Source: Spirochaetaceae bacterium
GTDB lineage: Bacteria > Spirochaetota > Spirochaetia > SZUA-6 > Bin103
DNA length: 64,000 nt
NCBI GenBank assembly: GCA_028821475.1
Contig: JAPPGB010000171.1
Coordinates: 12,727-76,726, forward strand
Direction of reading: 5' to 3'
The notes under the pieces are model-generated. The model was not told the origin of the DNA, made no database searches, and saw only the letters and a list, made by a program, of their open reading frames with translations. The position numbers and the translations under genes are program-made. This document shows, piece after piece, positions 56,599 to 64,000 of the stretch; the first letter of the stretch is position 1, and every line of letters starts with the position of its first letter.

Positions 56599-57596
56599 TG
56601 ATACCGAATCCGGGGATCGACCACACCGTAGGCCAGGTCGGCGGCCACGTTGGCGAGCACCACCGCGATCGAGCTGATCAGCAACAGTGCGCTGACCACC
56701 GTGTAGTCTCTCTGCAAGATGGCAGACAGGAGGAGCTGCCCCATCCCCGGCAGTTGGAAGATACTCTCCACGATGACCGCGCCCCCGATCAGCAGCGGTA
56801 GTTGAATGCCGAGTGCCGTGACGATCGGAATGAGCGTGTTCTTGAACGCATGCCGCACCAGCACCGCCCGCTCCCTGAGGCCCTTCGACCAGGCCGTCCT
56901 GATGTAGTCCTGCCGCAGTACCTCCAGCATCCAGGTGCGCGTCGATCGCATCGTGCCGCCGGAGGAAGCCAGACCCATGATGAAGGCCGGCAACAGGAAC
57001 ATCCCGATATTGCCGAGCGGATCCTCCTTGAACCGGATGAGGAATATGGGCGGCGACCAACCCCACCACAGGGCCGGGAACACCATCACCATGGTCGCCA
57101 CCCAGAAAGCCGGGACGGCGAGCCAGAGAATGGCGAAGCTGCGGGTTGCGTAGTCGCCCAACGTGTCCTGCCTCACCGCCGCGTAGATGCCTATGGGAAC
57201 CGCCACCGCGTACGTGATTGCCAGGCTCATCAAACTGAGCTGAATCGTTACCGGCAATCGCGGTGCGATCAGCTCGACCACCGGCTTGCGGCTTCGCAGG
57301 GAGAGCCCGAGATGCGCCTGCAGGATTCCTTGCACCTCGCCGTCCGCGCGGGGCGCAATGCCCAGCCAGCGCGCGTACTGGGTGAGTATGGGGACGTCGA
57401 GGCCGAGCTCCCGCTCGATGAGCGCTCTGCTTTCCTCGACCGCGTCCGCGCCGCCGCCGCCCTCCGCGGCCAACTCTATGACGATGGCGTCGACGATATC
57501 TCCCGGCATGAGCCGGATCAGCAGGAAGATGACGATCGTCGTGAGCGCCAGCGTGGGGACTGCCAGCACCAGCCGCCGGATCGCATAGGATCCCAT
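56595..57596 (-). CDS. ABC transporter permease DppB-like
   Basis: MGSYAIRRLVLAVPTLALTTIVIFLLIRLMPGD...YIRTAWSKGLRERAVLVRHAFKN. Confidence 0.85.
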   Translation of the reverse strand: MGSYAIRRLVLAVPTLALTTIVIFLLIRLMPGDIVDAIVIELAAEGGGGADAVEESRALIERELGLDVPILTQYARWLGIAPRADGEVQGILQAHLGLSLRSRKPVVELIAPRLPVTIQLSLMSLAITYAVAVPIGIYAAVRQDTLGDYATRSFAILWLAVPAFWVATMVMVFPALWWGWSPPIFLIRFKEDPLGNIGMFLLPAFIMGLASSGGTMRSTRTWMLEVLRQDYIRTAWSKGLRERAVLVRHAFKNTLIPIVTALGIQLPLLIGGAVIVESIFQLPGMGQLLLSAILQRDYTVVSALLLISSIAVVLANVAADLAYGVVDPRIRYQ

Positions 57597-57606
57597 CTGC
57601 TCTTCC

Positions 57607-59109
57607 TCAACCGCGGGCCAGCCGGAAGGCGTGCTCCTCGGCGCGCATCGTGGCCTCGCCGTTGCCGTCGCCGGTGCGCAGTTGCTCAACGTTGCGCACT
57701 TCCAGGCGGGCGGCACCTTCCCACTCACGCGTGGGCAGCCGGTCGGAGCTGCTCAGCCGTTCCTGCGCGGCTGCGATCGCCGCCCCGTACTGCGGCAGCC
57801 ACTGCCGCTGCGCCAGCAGCATGTCGTCGACGAGCTGCCACACCTCGGGCGGCGAAGCCACGGCGCCGACCAGCGGATCGAGCAGCATCGCCTGCCGCAG
57901 CAGGGCGTCGTCGCCGGCTACCGCGGCGTGCACGGCCAGCCGCTGCACCGAGATGCTCGCGTTGCACACGGCCGCACAGCCGAGCGGCAGGTCGCCGACC
58001 AGCGGGATGCCTATGCCGTTGCCGTCCACGTAGCCCGGCACCTCGACCACGGCATCGTGTGGCAGGTTGGCGATGGCGCCGTTGTTCTTGACGTTGAAGT
58101 GGCCGCGGTAGGTGCGCCCGGTCTCCAGACCCTCGACGATGTAGGAGCCGTGCTCGGAGGAACGCTCGGCGGGCGTGAACTGCATCGGCGGCTCCGCCAT
58201 CCAGCGCGGAAAATCCTCCTCGAACCAGTTGCGCTTCTCGGTGCACACGCGCAGGTAGCCGCCGGTTTCGCCGTGGATCCAGGTATCGAGGCTGATCCAG
58301 TCGCGGATCTCGCCCGGCCGCTTGCGGTACCACGGGACGTACTCGCTCAGGTGGCCATTGGACTCGGTGGAGTAGTAGCCGAAGCGGCGCAGCATGTCGA
58401 TGCGCACCTTCTCCGTCTCCCGGTACTTGGGATGGCGCTCGTAGGCGGCCAGCAGCTCGCCGGTCATGTCCTTGCCGTGGTGGCGGAGCTGCACGTACCA
58501 GGTCTGGTGATTGATGCCGGCGGCGATGATGTCCAGCTCCTGCCGCGGCACGCCGAGCACCTCGGCGATCTGCCGATGCCCGCCCTGCACGCCATGGCAC
58601 AAGCCGATCGTCTCCACCCCGCCGTGGTCGTTGGCGGCCCAGGTGAGCATCGCCATCGGGTTGGCATAGTTGAACAGCCGGCAGCCGGGCTCCGCCACCT
58701 CGCGGATGTCGCGGCAGATGCCCAGGATCACCGGGATGCCGCGCTGGCCGTACATCACGCCGCCGGCCGACAGCGTATCGCCGACGCATTGGTCGATGCC
58801 GTAGCGCAGCGGCACGTCGATGTCGGTAGCGAACGCCTCGATGCCGCCGACGCGCACCGTGCAGAACACGTAGCGAGCGCCCGCTATGGCCTCGCGGCGA
58901 TCGGTGGTTGCGCTCAGTTTCACCCGGTCAAGGCCGTTGGCGCGAATGTCCCGCTCCGCCAACTGGCGGATCATGTCCAGGTTCTGCTCGCTGATGTCGG
59001 ACAATGCCACTTCAAGCGCGCCGAATTCCGGGACGGTGAGAAGATCGCCGAGCAGCTTGCGGGTGAAGCCGATACTGCCGGCGCCGATGAACGCGATCTT
59101 GAATGGCAT
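57607..59109 (-). CDS. glycoside hydrolase family 4 (NAD+/Mn2+-dependent alpha-glucosidase/galactosidase-like) with ~50-aa C-terminal extension
   Basis: MPFKIAFIGAGSIGFTRKLL Rossmann N-terminus and a GLCHGV catalytic Cys-His motif. 500 aa. Confidence 0.85.
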   Translation of the reverse strand: MPFKIAFIGAGSIGFTRKLLGDLLTVPEFGALEVALSDISEQNLDMIRQLAERDIRANGLDRVKLSATTDRREAIAGARYVFCTVRVGGIEAFATDIDVPLRYGIDQCVGDTLSAGGVMYGQRGIPVILGICRDIREVAEPGCRLFNYANPMAMLTWAANDHGGVETIGLCHGVQGGHRQIAEVLGVPRQELDIIAAGINHQTWYVQLRHHGKDMTGELLAAYERHPKYRETEKVRIDMLRRFGYYSTESNGHLSEYVPWYRKRPGEIRDWISLDTWIHGETGGYLRVCTEKRNWFEEDFPRWMAEPPMQFTPAERSSEHGSYIVEGLETGRTYRGHFNVKNNGAIANLPHDAVVEVPGYVDGNGIGIPLVGDLPLGCAAVCNASISVQRLAVHAAVAGDDALLRQAMLLDPLVGAVASPPEVWQLVDDMLLAQRQWLPQYGAAIAAAQERLSSSDRLPTREWEGAARLEVRNVEQLRTGDGNGEATMRAEEHAFRLARG

Positions 59110-59161
59110 GCTGTGCTCCCGCGCGTACCGTAGGCGATGCCGCCGTCCGGGACAAGACGGT

Positions 59162-60007
59162 TCAGATCACGTCCCGCTGCGTCTCGGTCACCTTGCCGGG
59201 AAACGTCGAGCCCCGCACCCACATGATCTGCCGGGCCTGCGCGGCGCGCTCCGGACTCACCCACTCCGCTTGCGCACTCAGGTAGTGGGACACGAAGCTG
59301 CGCCGGAAGCGGCCGCTGTGATTGTCGGTGCTCTTGTGCAGCAGATGGCTGTGAAACCAGATCACCGCCCCCGGTTCCACCTCCAGGGCGACGCCGTCTT
59401 CGTTGCGTGCGTTGCGCGCCAGCTTGAACTCGCTCTGTTGCGAACCCTCGAGTTCGTCGTGCTCCACCACCGGCCCGAGGTGGCTGCCGGGAATGACGTA
59501 CAGGCACCCGTTGCCGCGGTCGGCGGCATCGACGGCGGTCCAGGTTCCCACGGTGGTTTCGGTGACGAAGCGCTGGCGGAAGTAGAACTTGTCCTGGTGC
59601 CACGGAAAGCCCAGCCCGATCTCGGGCGCCTTCCAGATGAACAGGTTGTTGATGCCGAGAATGTCCGGTCCGAGCAGGTCGACGACGGGATCGGTCAGCC
59701 GGCGATCGCGCACGCGCTCCAGGAACTCGGGGACATGGCAGCTGGGAAAGTGCAGCTTGTGCATGGCATGGATTCCGGCTCGCTGCTCCCTGCCGTCACG
59801 GACCAGTGCGTTGCGATCGACATGTTCTGAGGGAAATGGGCGTGTCCCGGCCACGACCTCCTCCGCGGCAATGTTCAGGACCTCATTCTCCTTGCGGGTA
59901 AAGACGTGCTCGCGAACGAAGAACCCGTCGCGCTGCCATCGCTCGCGCTCGGCGCGGGTCAGTCGATAGGACCGGTCGGTCGCAGCTTCGGATTTGGCGC
60001 TATACAT
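59162..60007 (-). CDS. PhyH family Fe(II)/2OG oxygenase, copy 3
   Basis: ...FPWHQDKFYFRQ... and ...YVIPGSHLGPVVEHDE...WFHSHLLHKSTDN (HxD...H). Start taken at MYSAK. Confidence 0.75.
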   Translation of the reverse strand: MYSAKSEAATDRSYRLTRAERERWQRDGFFVREHVFTRKENEVLNIAAEEVVAGTRPFPSEHVDRNALVRDGREQRAGIHAMHKLHFPSCHVPEFLERVRDRRLTDPVVDLLGPDILGINNLFIWKAPEIGLGFPWHQDKFYFRQRFVTETTVGTWTAVDAADRGNGCLYVIPGSHLGPVVEHDELEGSQQSEFKLARNARNEDGVALEVEPGAVIWFHSHLLHKSTDNHSGRFRRSFVSHYLSAQAEWVSPERAAQARQIMWVRGSTFPGKVTETQRDVI

Positions 60008-60008
60008 A

Positions 60009-60027
60009 CTATATTGACTGATATAGC
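60009..60027. promoter_or_regulatory. inverted repeat CTATAT-tgactg-ATATAG in the 71-nt divergent region between PhyH-3 and the IclR regulator gene
   Basis: Palindrome read directly. The segment is AT-rich relative to the genome. Coordinates are approximate to +/-1. Confidence 0.5.
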
Positions 60028-60078
60028 AGAACCGTGCTAGTGTCAAGACCTGCGGATGGCAACCATCCATAACTCACC

Positions 60079-60861
60079 ATGACCGAGACCTCTCCCAACC
60101 CGACTCCCAAACGGCGCCAGATCAGTTCACTCGTCAAGGGTATTCGCATTCTTGAGGCTATCGTTGCCGCCGGCAACGGCATCAAGGTATCCGAGATCGC
60201 CCGCAGTTTCGACATGCCGGCATCCAACCTCAGCCTGTTTCTCAACTCACTGGTGGATACCGGTTACGTGATCCGCAATCCGGTGGATGGCAAATACTAT
60301 GCGTCGGAGAAGATAGTCCACATAGCGGCGGCTATCGACACGCGCTACAAGCGGCTGGAGATCTGTGCGCAGGACGCGATGCGGCGACTGCATGGCGGTC
60401 ATGACGAGAACGTCCTGGTCGCCGTGCTCAACCACAACCGCCTGCAGTTCATCTCGACGGTGCAGTCAAGCCGCAACATCCAGATCCTCAACAACGACAA
60501 CCGCTCGTTCATTCCCCACGTCACGGCGGCCGGCAAGGCGATTCTGGCGTTCCTGCCCCATAACCTGCTGGAGGCATATCTCGCACGCATCCAGCTCGAA
60601 CGCTTCACCAGCAAGACCGTCACCGACCTGGCGGTGATCCGCCGCGAATTGGACACGGTGCGCAGTCGCGGCTACGCCATCAACCGTGGCGAATATGAAG
60701 CGGAGGTGATGGCGGTGGCGGCACCGATATTCGTCGGAGCATCGATCGAAGGATCGCTGGTGGTTCAGTTTCCGACGTTCCGGCACGCAGAACGGGATCT
60801 GGAGGGACACGCCGGGCCGATCGTCGATGCGGCGCGCCGGATCAGCCGCCTGCTCAACTGA
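60079..60861 (+). CDS. IclR family transcriptional regulator
   Basis: N-terminal wHTH (SLVKGIRILEAIVAAGNGIKVSEIARSFDMPASNLSLFLNSLVDTGYV) plus a C-terminal IclR effector domain. Confidence 0.85.
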   Translation: MTETSPNPTPKRRQISSLVKGIRILEAIVAAGNGIKVSEIARSFDMPASNLSLFLNSLVDTGYVIRNPVDGKYYASEKIVHIAAAIDTRYKRLEICAQDAMRRLHGGHDENVLVAVLNHNRLQFISTVQSSRNIQILNNDNRSFIPHVTAAGKAILAFLPHNLLEAYLARIQLERFTSKTVTDLAVIRRELDTVRSRGYAINRGEYEAEVMAVAAPIFVGASIEGSLVVQFPTFRHAERDLEGHAGPIVDAARRISRLLN

Positions 60862-60917
60862 ATCGCGCCGTCGGGACGGAACAGCCGCCGCAACCACCGA
60901 GCGCAGATGCGTTGTCG

Positions 60918-62054
60918 CTATCGTGCGTAGGGATCGGCCGCGTCGCGCAGGCCGTCGCCGACGAAGTTGAACGCGAGCACCGTGACAATCACGAACAGTC
61001 CGGGAATCAGCAGCCACGGCGACAGGGCGATCGTCTGCACGTTCTGGGCCTCGCTGAGCAACACGCCCCAACTGACCACCGGCGGGCGCAACCCCAGCCC
61101 CAGGTAGCTGAGCGCCGTCTCCGCGAGGATCATCTGAGGCACGGCCAGCGTCAGCGAAACGATCACGAAGCTCATGAACGACGGGATCAGGTGGCGGGCG
61201 ATGATCGCACTGTCACGCGCGCCGGCCACCCGCGCCGCCATCACGAAGTCCTCCTCGCGTAGCGACAGCAGCTTGCCGCGCACCACGCGCGCCAGCCCGG
61301 TCCACCCGATCAGCGACAGGATCACGGTGATGCCGAAGTACACCTTCATTACCGGCCAGTGCGGTGGCAGCGCGGCGGCCAGCGCCATCCACAGCGGAAT
61401 GGTGGGTATGGAGCGCAGGAACTCGATCAGACGCTGCACGAACACGTCGGTCGAACCGCCGAAGTATCCCGAGATGCCGCCGATGGTCAGCCCCACCACG
61501 AAGCTCAGCGCCACGCCGATCAGGCCGATCGACAACGATATGCGGGCGCCGTAGAGGACGCGCGAGAGCATGTCGCGCCCCAGGCGGTCGGTCCCGAACA
61601 GGTAGATGGTGCCTTCCTCGACGCCGAACAGGTGCACGCGTGACGGAATGAACCCCCACATGCGGTACTCCGTGCCTTCGGTGAACAGCCGGATCGGATG
61701 CACCGCGCTCTTGTCCGGGGTGAACACCTTGCGCCAGGTGACCGGGTCCTCCTCCAGCGCCAGTCCGTACACGAACGGGCGATGCAGCCGCCCCTCGTGG
61801 AAGATCCGGATGCGCTGCAGCGGCGCATACAGCGCGTCGGAGTTGCGCTCCAGCGGCGAATAGGGGCTGAGGAACTCGCAGAACGCCCCGAACAGGTAGA
61901 ACACGCCGAGGACGGCAAAGCCCAGCAGAGCGATACGGTGCTTCTTCAGTTTCCACCACGCCAACTGCCACTGCGAGGCCACGTACATCCGTTCCGCCGC
62001 ATCCTCGCGCTCCACGGCCGCGCGCGGCAACGCCCTGGCGGTCGTGGTGCTCAT
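60918..62054 (-). CDS. ABC transporter permease OppC-like (fourth cassette)
   Basis: MSTTTARALPRAAVEREDAAERMYVASQWQLAWWKLKKHRIALLG...GTDRLGRDMLSRVLYGARISLSIGL. Confidence 0.85.
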   Translation of the reverse strand: MSTTTARALPRAAVEREDAAERMYVASQWQLAWWKLKKHRIALLGFAVLGVFYLFGAFCEFLSPYSPLERNSDALYAPLQRIRIFHEGRLHRPFVYGLALEEDPVTWRKVFTPDKSAVHPIRLFTEGTEYRMWGFIPSRVHLFGVEEGTIYLFGTDRLGRDMLSRVLYGARISLSIGLIGVALSFVVGLTIGGISGYFGGSTDVFVQRLIEFLRSIPTIPLWMALAAALPPHWPVMKVYFGITVILSLIGWTGLARVVRGKLLSLREEDFVMAARVAGARDSAIIARHLIPSFMSFVIVSLTLAVPQMILAETALSYLGLGLRPPVVSWGVLLSEAQNVQTIALSPWLLIPGLFVIVTVLAFNFVGDGLRDAADPYAR

Positions 62055-62088
62055 GGACGGCCGATGCCTCTTGCGGCGCCGGGCGCCA

Positions 62089-63078
62089 TCAGTCGGCCAT
62101 CCTGATGCGCGGGTCGATTGCCGCCAGCAGCACGTCGGAGATGAAGGTGCCGAGCACCGTGAGCACTGACAGCAGCAGCAGAAACGCCCCCGCCAGGTAC
62201 ATGTCCTGGCTCAGCAGCGCGCGCAGCAGCACGGGGCCGGTCGTGGGCAGGCTCAGCACCACGGCCACGATCGGCGCGCCCGATATGATCTCGGTCAGTC
62301 GCCAGCCGATGGTGCTGGCCACCGGGTTCAGGGCGATCCGCACCGGATACTTGAAGATCAGCCGCGACTCGCGCACCCCCTTGGAACGTGCGGTCACGAC
62401 GTAAGCCTTCTGCAGCTCGTCCATCAGCATGGCGCGCGTGACGCGGATCAGGCCCGCGGTGCCCGCCGTGCCGAGCACCACCACCGGTACCCAGAGGTGG
62501 ACGAGCAGGTCCGCCACCTTGGCCAGGCTCCACGCCTCCTCCTGGAACCGCGGCGAGAACAGTCCGCCCACGCTGTGCCCGAAGTAGCGGAAGCCGATCC
62601 ACATCAACACCAGCGCCAGCATGAAGTTGGGCGTGGCCAAGCCGACGTAGCCGACCACCGTAAAGGTAAAGTCGCCCGGGGTGTACTTGTTGAGCGCCGA
62701 GTAGATGCCGATCGGCACCCCCACCACGAAGGTGAACACCATTGAGGCCATGGCGACCATCGCCGTCAGCGCGATGCGGTCCCAGATCAGGTCCTTGACC
62801 GGCTTGTTCCACTGGAACGACTGGCCGAAGTCGCCGCGGCTGACGATGCCCCAGATCCACTTCAGGTACTGGACGTGCATGGGGCGGCCGAGGCCGTACT
62901 GCTGCCGCAGCGCGGCCAGCTCCGACTCGGTCACCTCGGTGTTGGCTTCCTCGAGCTGGGCGATGTAGGTGGACAGGTAGTCGCCGGGCGGGAGCTGGAT
63001 CAGGATGAATGCGACCACCGAGATCACGGCGATCGTAATCAGCATGAACACGAAACGCCGGACCAGATAGTCAACCAT
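62089..63078 (-). CDS. ABC transporter permease OppB-like (fourth cassette)
   Basis: MVDYLVRRFVFMLITIAVISVVAFILIQLPPGDYLST...VTARSKGVRESRLIFKYPVRIALNP. Confidence 0.85.
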   Translation of the reverse strand: MVDYLVRRFVFMLITIAVISVVAFILIQLPPGDYLSTYIAQLEEANTEVTESELAALRQQYGLGRPMHVQYLKWIWGIVSRGDFGQSFQWNKPVKDLIWDRIALTAMVAMASMVFTFVVGVPIGIYSALNKYTPGDFTFTVVGYVGLATPNFMLALVLMWIGFRYFGHSVGGLFSPRFQEEAWSLAKVADLLVHLWVPVVVLGTAGTAGLIRVTRAMLMDELQKAYVVTARSKGVRESRLIFKYPVRIALNPVASTIGWRLTEIISGAPIVAVVLSLPTTGPVLLRALLSQDMYLAGAFLLLLSVLTVLGTFISDVLLAAIDPRIRMAD

Positions 63079-63298
63079 GGGTTCGGCTCCTACGTGGCCT
63101 GCATCCAGACGGTCATGTGCGCCCGGCCGTCCCGCGTGCCCCGGCAAGGCCGACGCTGCGCACCGTCCGATGGGGGCTGCGCCGCGTGTCGATCAAAGGA
63201 GGACTCTCGGCCATGATTGTCCGCCCGGCTCGCCAACAGCCGGGGGCGGCGTGACCCCCGACTACGGACGGCCGGGCCTCCTTCCCTTCAGAGAAACG

Positions 63299-64000
63299 TC
63301 AGTTGGCCCAGTACCACTGTTCCGCCTGGTACGGGCTGAACATGAAGGGGCCTCCCTGCCACAGGCCCTCGGTGGGCGTGTTGGCCAGACCGCTCTTGAA
63401 CACGATCGGAATCGGCGGCATGCCGATGATGCCGATCGTGCGCAGGTTGTTGGCGAAGATCTCCAGCATCTCGGCGCCCAGGGCGAGGTACCCATCGGAT
63501 CCCGGCTCGGTCTGCTGCCAGCGGCTGGCCACGTCGTAGAGCTGCTTGACGTCTTCCGGCGGCTCGATGCCCTCGGCACCGCCGCTGGTGAGCCAGCTTT
63601 CCCAGTCGTTGCCGATCTTGCGGGTAGCCCACTTCTTCTGAATCTTGAACGCGCCGGGGTTCTGGAACATCAGCGCTTCCATCGACTCGCCGAGGTAGTA
63701 CACCGCCACCTCGATCTCGCCGGCGTTGCGCCGCGCCACGCCCAGGTTCGGCTCCAGCTTCTTCACCGCGACCTGCACGCCGACTGCCTCCCAGTACTCC
63801 TTGACCAGCTCCGAGTAGTCCACGAACACCTGGTGCACCGTCTCGATGGTGACCTGCAGCGGCTCGCCATCGGGGCGCAGCCGCACGCGTCGTGCGTCGT
63901 CCCATGCCAGGCCCATCTCGTCGAGCAGCGCGTTGGCCCGCTCGGGGTCGTACTCCGCGAAGTGCTCGGCGGTCCACGGGCGGAAGAAGGAGGTATTGGG
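63299..64000 (-). CDS. ABC transporter substrate-binding protein family 5, C-terminal portion (N-terminus beyond window end)
   Basis: C-terminal SBP-5 sequence ...VHQVFVDYSELVKEYWEAVGVQVAVKKLEPNLG...QAEQWYWAN ending at 63299. The frame is open to 64000. Confidence 0.8.
   Translation of the reverse strand, partial: PNTSFFRPWTAEHFAEYDPERANALLDEMGLAWDDARRVRLRPDGEPLQVTIETVHQVFVDYSELVKEYWEAVGVQVAVKKLEPNLGVARRNAGEIEVAVYYLGESMEALMFQNPGAFKIQKKWATRKIGNDWESWLTSGGAEGIEPPEDVKQLYDVASRWQQTEPGSDGYLALGAEMLEIFANNLRTIGIIGMPPIPIVFKSGLANTPTEGLWQGGPFMFSPYQAEQWYWAN

Noticed and set aside
1-64000. Search for tRNA/rRNA genes, transposases, integrases or IS inverted repeats flanking the FRG and TA islets
   Set aside because: No transposase- or integrase-like ORF, and no obvious tRNA cloverleaf-sized conserved segments, were recognised by eye. 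Their absence is noted but cannot be excluded without a tRNAscan/HMM search.

Overview
This is a high-G+C (~68-70% by eye) bacterial chromosomal segment. The phylum is unclear; candidates are Chloroflexota or Actinomycetota-like. No rRNA, tRNA, CRISPR array, transposase or integrase was recognised.

Gene content, start to end:
- 1-7.9 kb: a conserved housekeeping block on the minus strand. It runs AKR(frameshifted)-maf-rpsB-tsf-frr-cdsA-rseP and ends with a secreted WD40 protein that runs off the window start. The block is unusually compact: pyrH is missing between tsf and frr, and uppS/dxr are missing between frr and cdsA.
- 8-17.7 kb: a carbohydrate/cyclitol catabolic cluster. It holds LplBCA-type ABC genes, IolE, an SDR, an IolD-like TPP enzyme, a 2-hydroxyacid dehydrogenase and an HpcH aldolase.
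- 18.2-19.5 kb: a small lower-G+C islet carrying an FRG-domain protein plus a co-oriented 121-aa unknown partner. It sits between a GNAT gene and a MhpA-like monooxygenase, whose 3' end is overlapped by the islet. This is my top candidate for an undescribed accessory or defence-type module.
- 19.4-29.3 kb: aromatic ring-cleavage genes (BphC-like extradiol dioxygenase and a MhpA-like FAD monooxygenase), followed by a sugar-acid and fructan block (TIM-barrel isomerase, UxuA, an IMDH-family dehydrogenase, GH32, two tandem MFS paralogs).
- 29.3-32.4 kb: a lower-G+C toxin-antitoxin islet with vapBC, phd-vapC and a frameshifted DUF4143 AAA ATPase.
- 32.4-42 kb: two tandem PepT/Opp-like importer cassettes (permB-permC-SBP) flanking a nucleoside hydrolase. 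Neither cassette has an ATPase gene.
- 42-64 kb: a dense glycan-processing island and my second candidate system. It contains three PhyH-family and one TauD-family Fe(II)/2-oxoglutarate dioxygenase, two more GH32 enzymes, a GH4, a Gfo/Idh/MocA oxidoreductase, a cupin, a membrane fatty-acid desaturase-like protein, two hypothetical proteins, a FlaR-like P-loop NTPase and an IclR regulator. Two more ATPase-less Opp-like importers sit in the same island.

Other notable features are a perfect 27-bp x3 tandem repeat that exactly fills a convergent intergenic gap, an in-frame 15-bp duplication at a gene's 3' end, several promoter palindromes, and two frameshifts located in simple-sequence runs.

Coordinates of hand-refined starts may be off by +/-1-3 nt.
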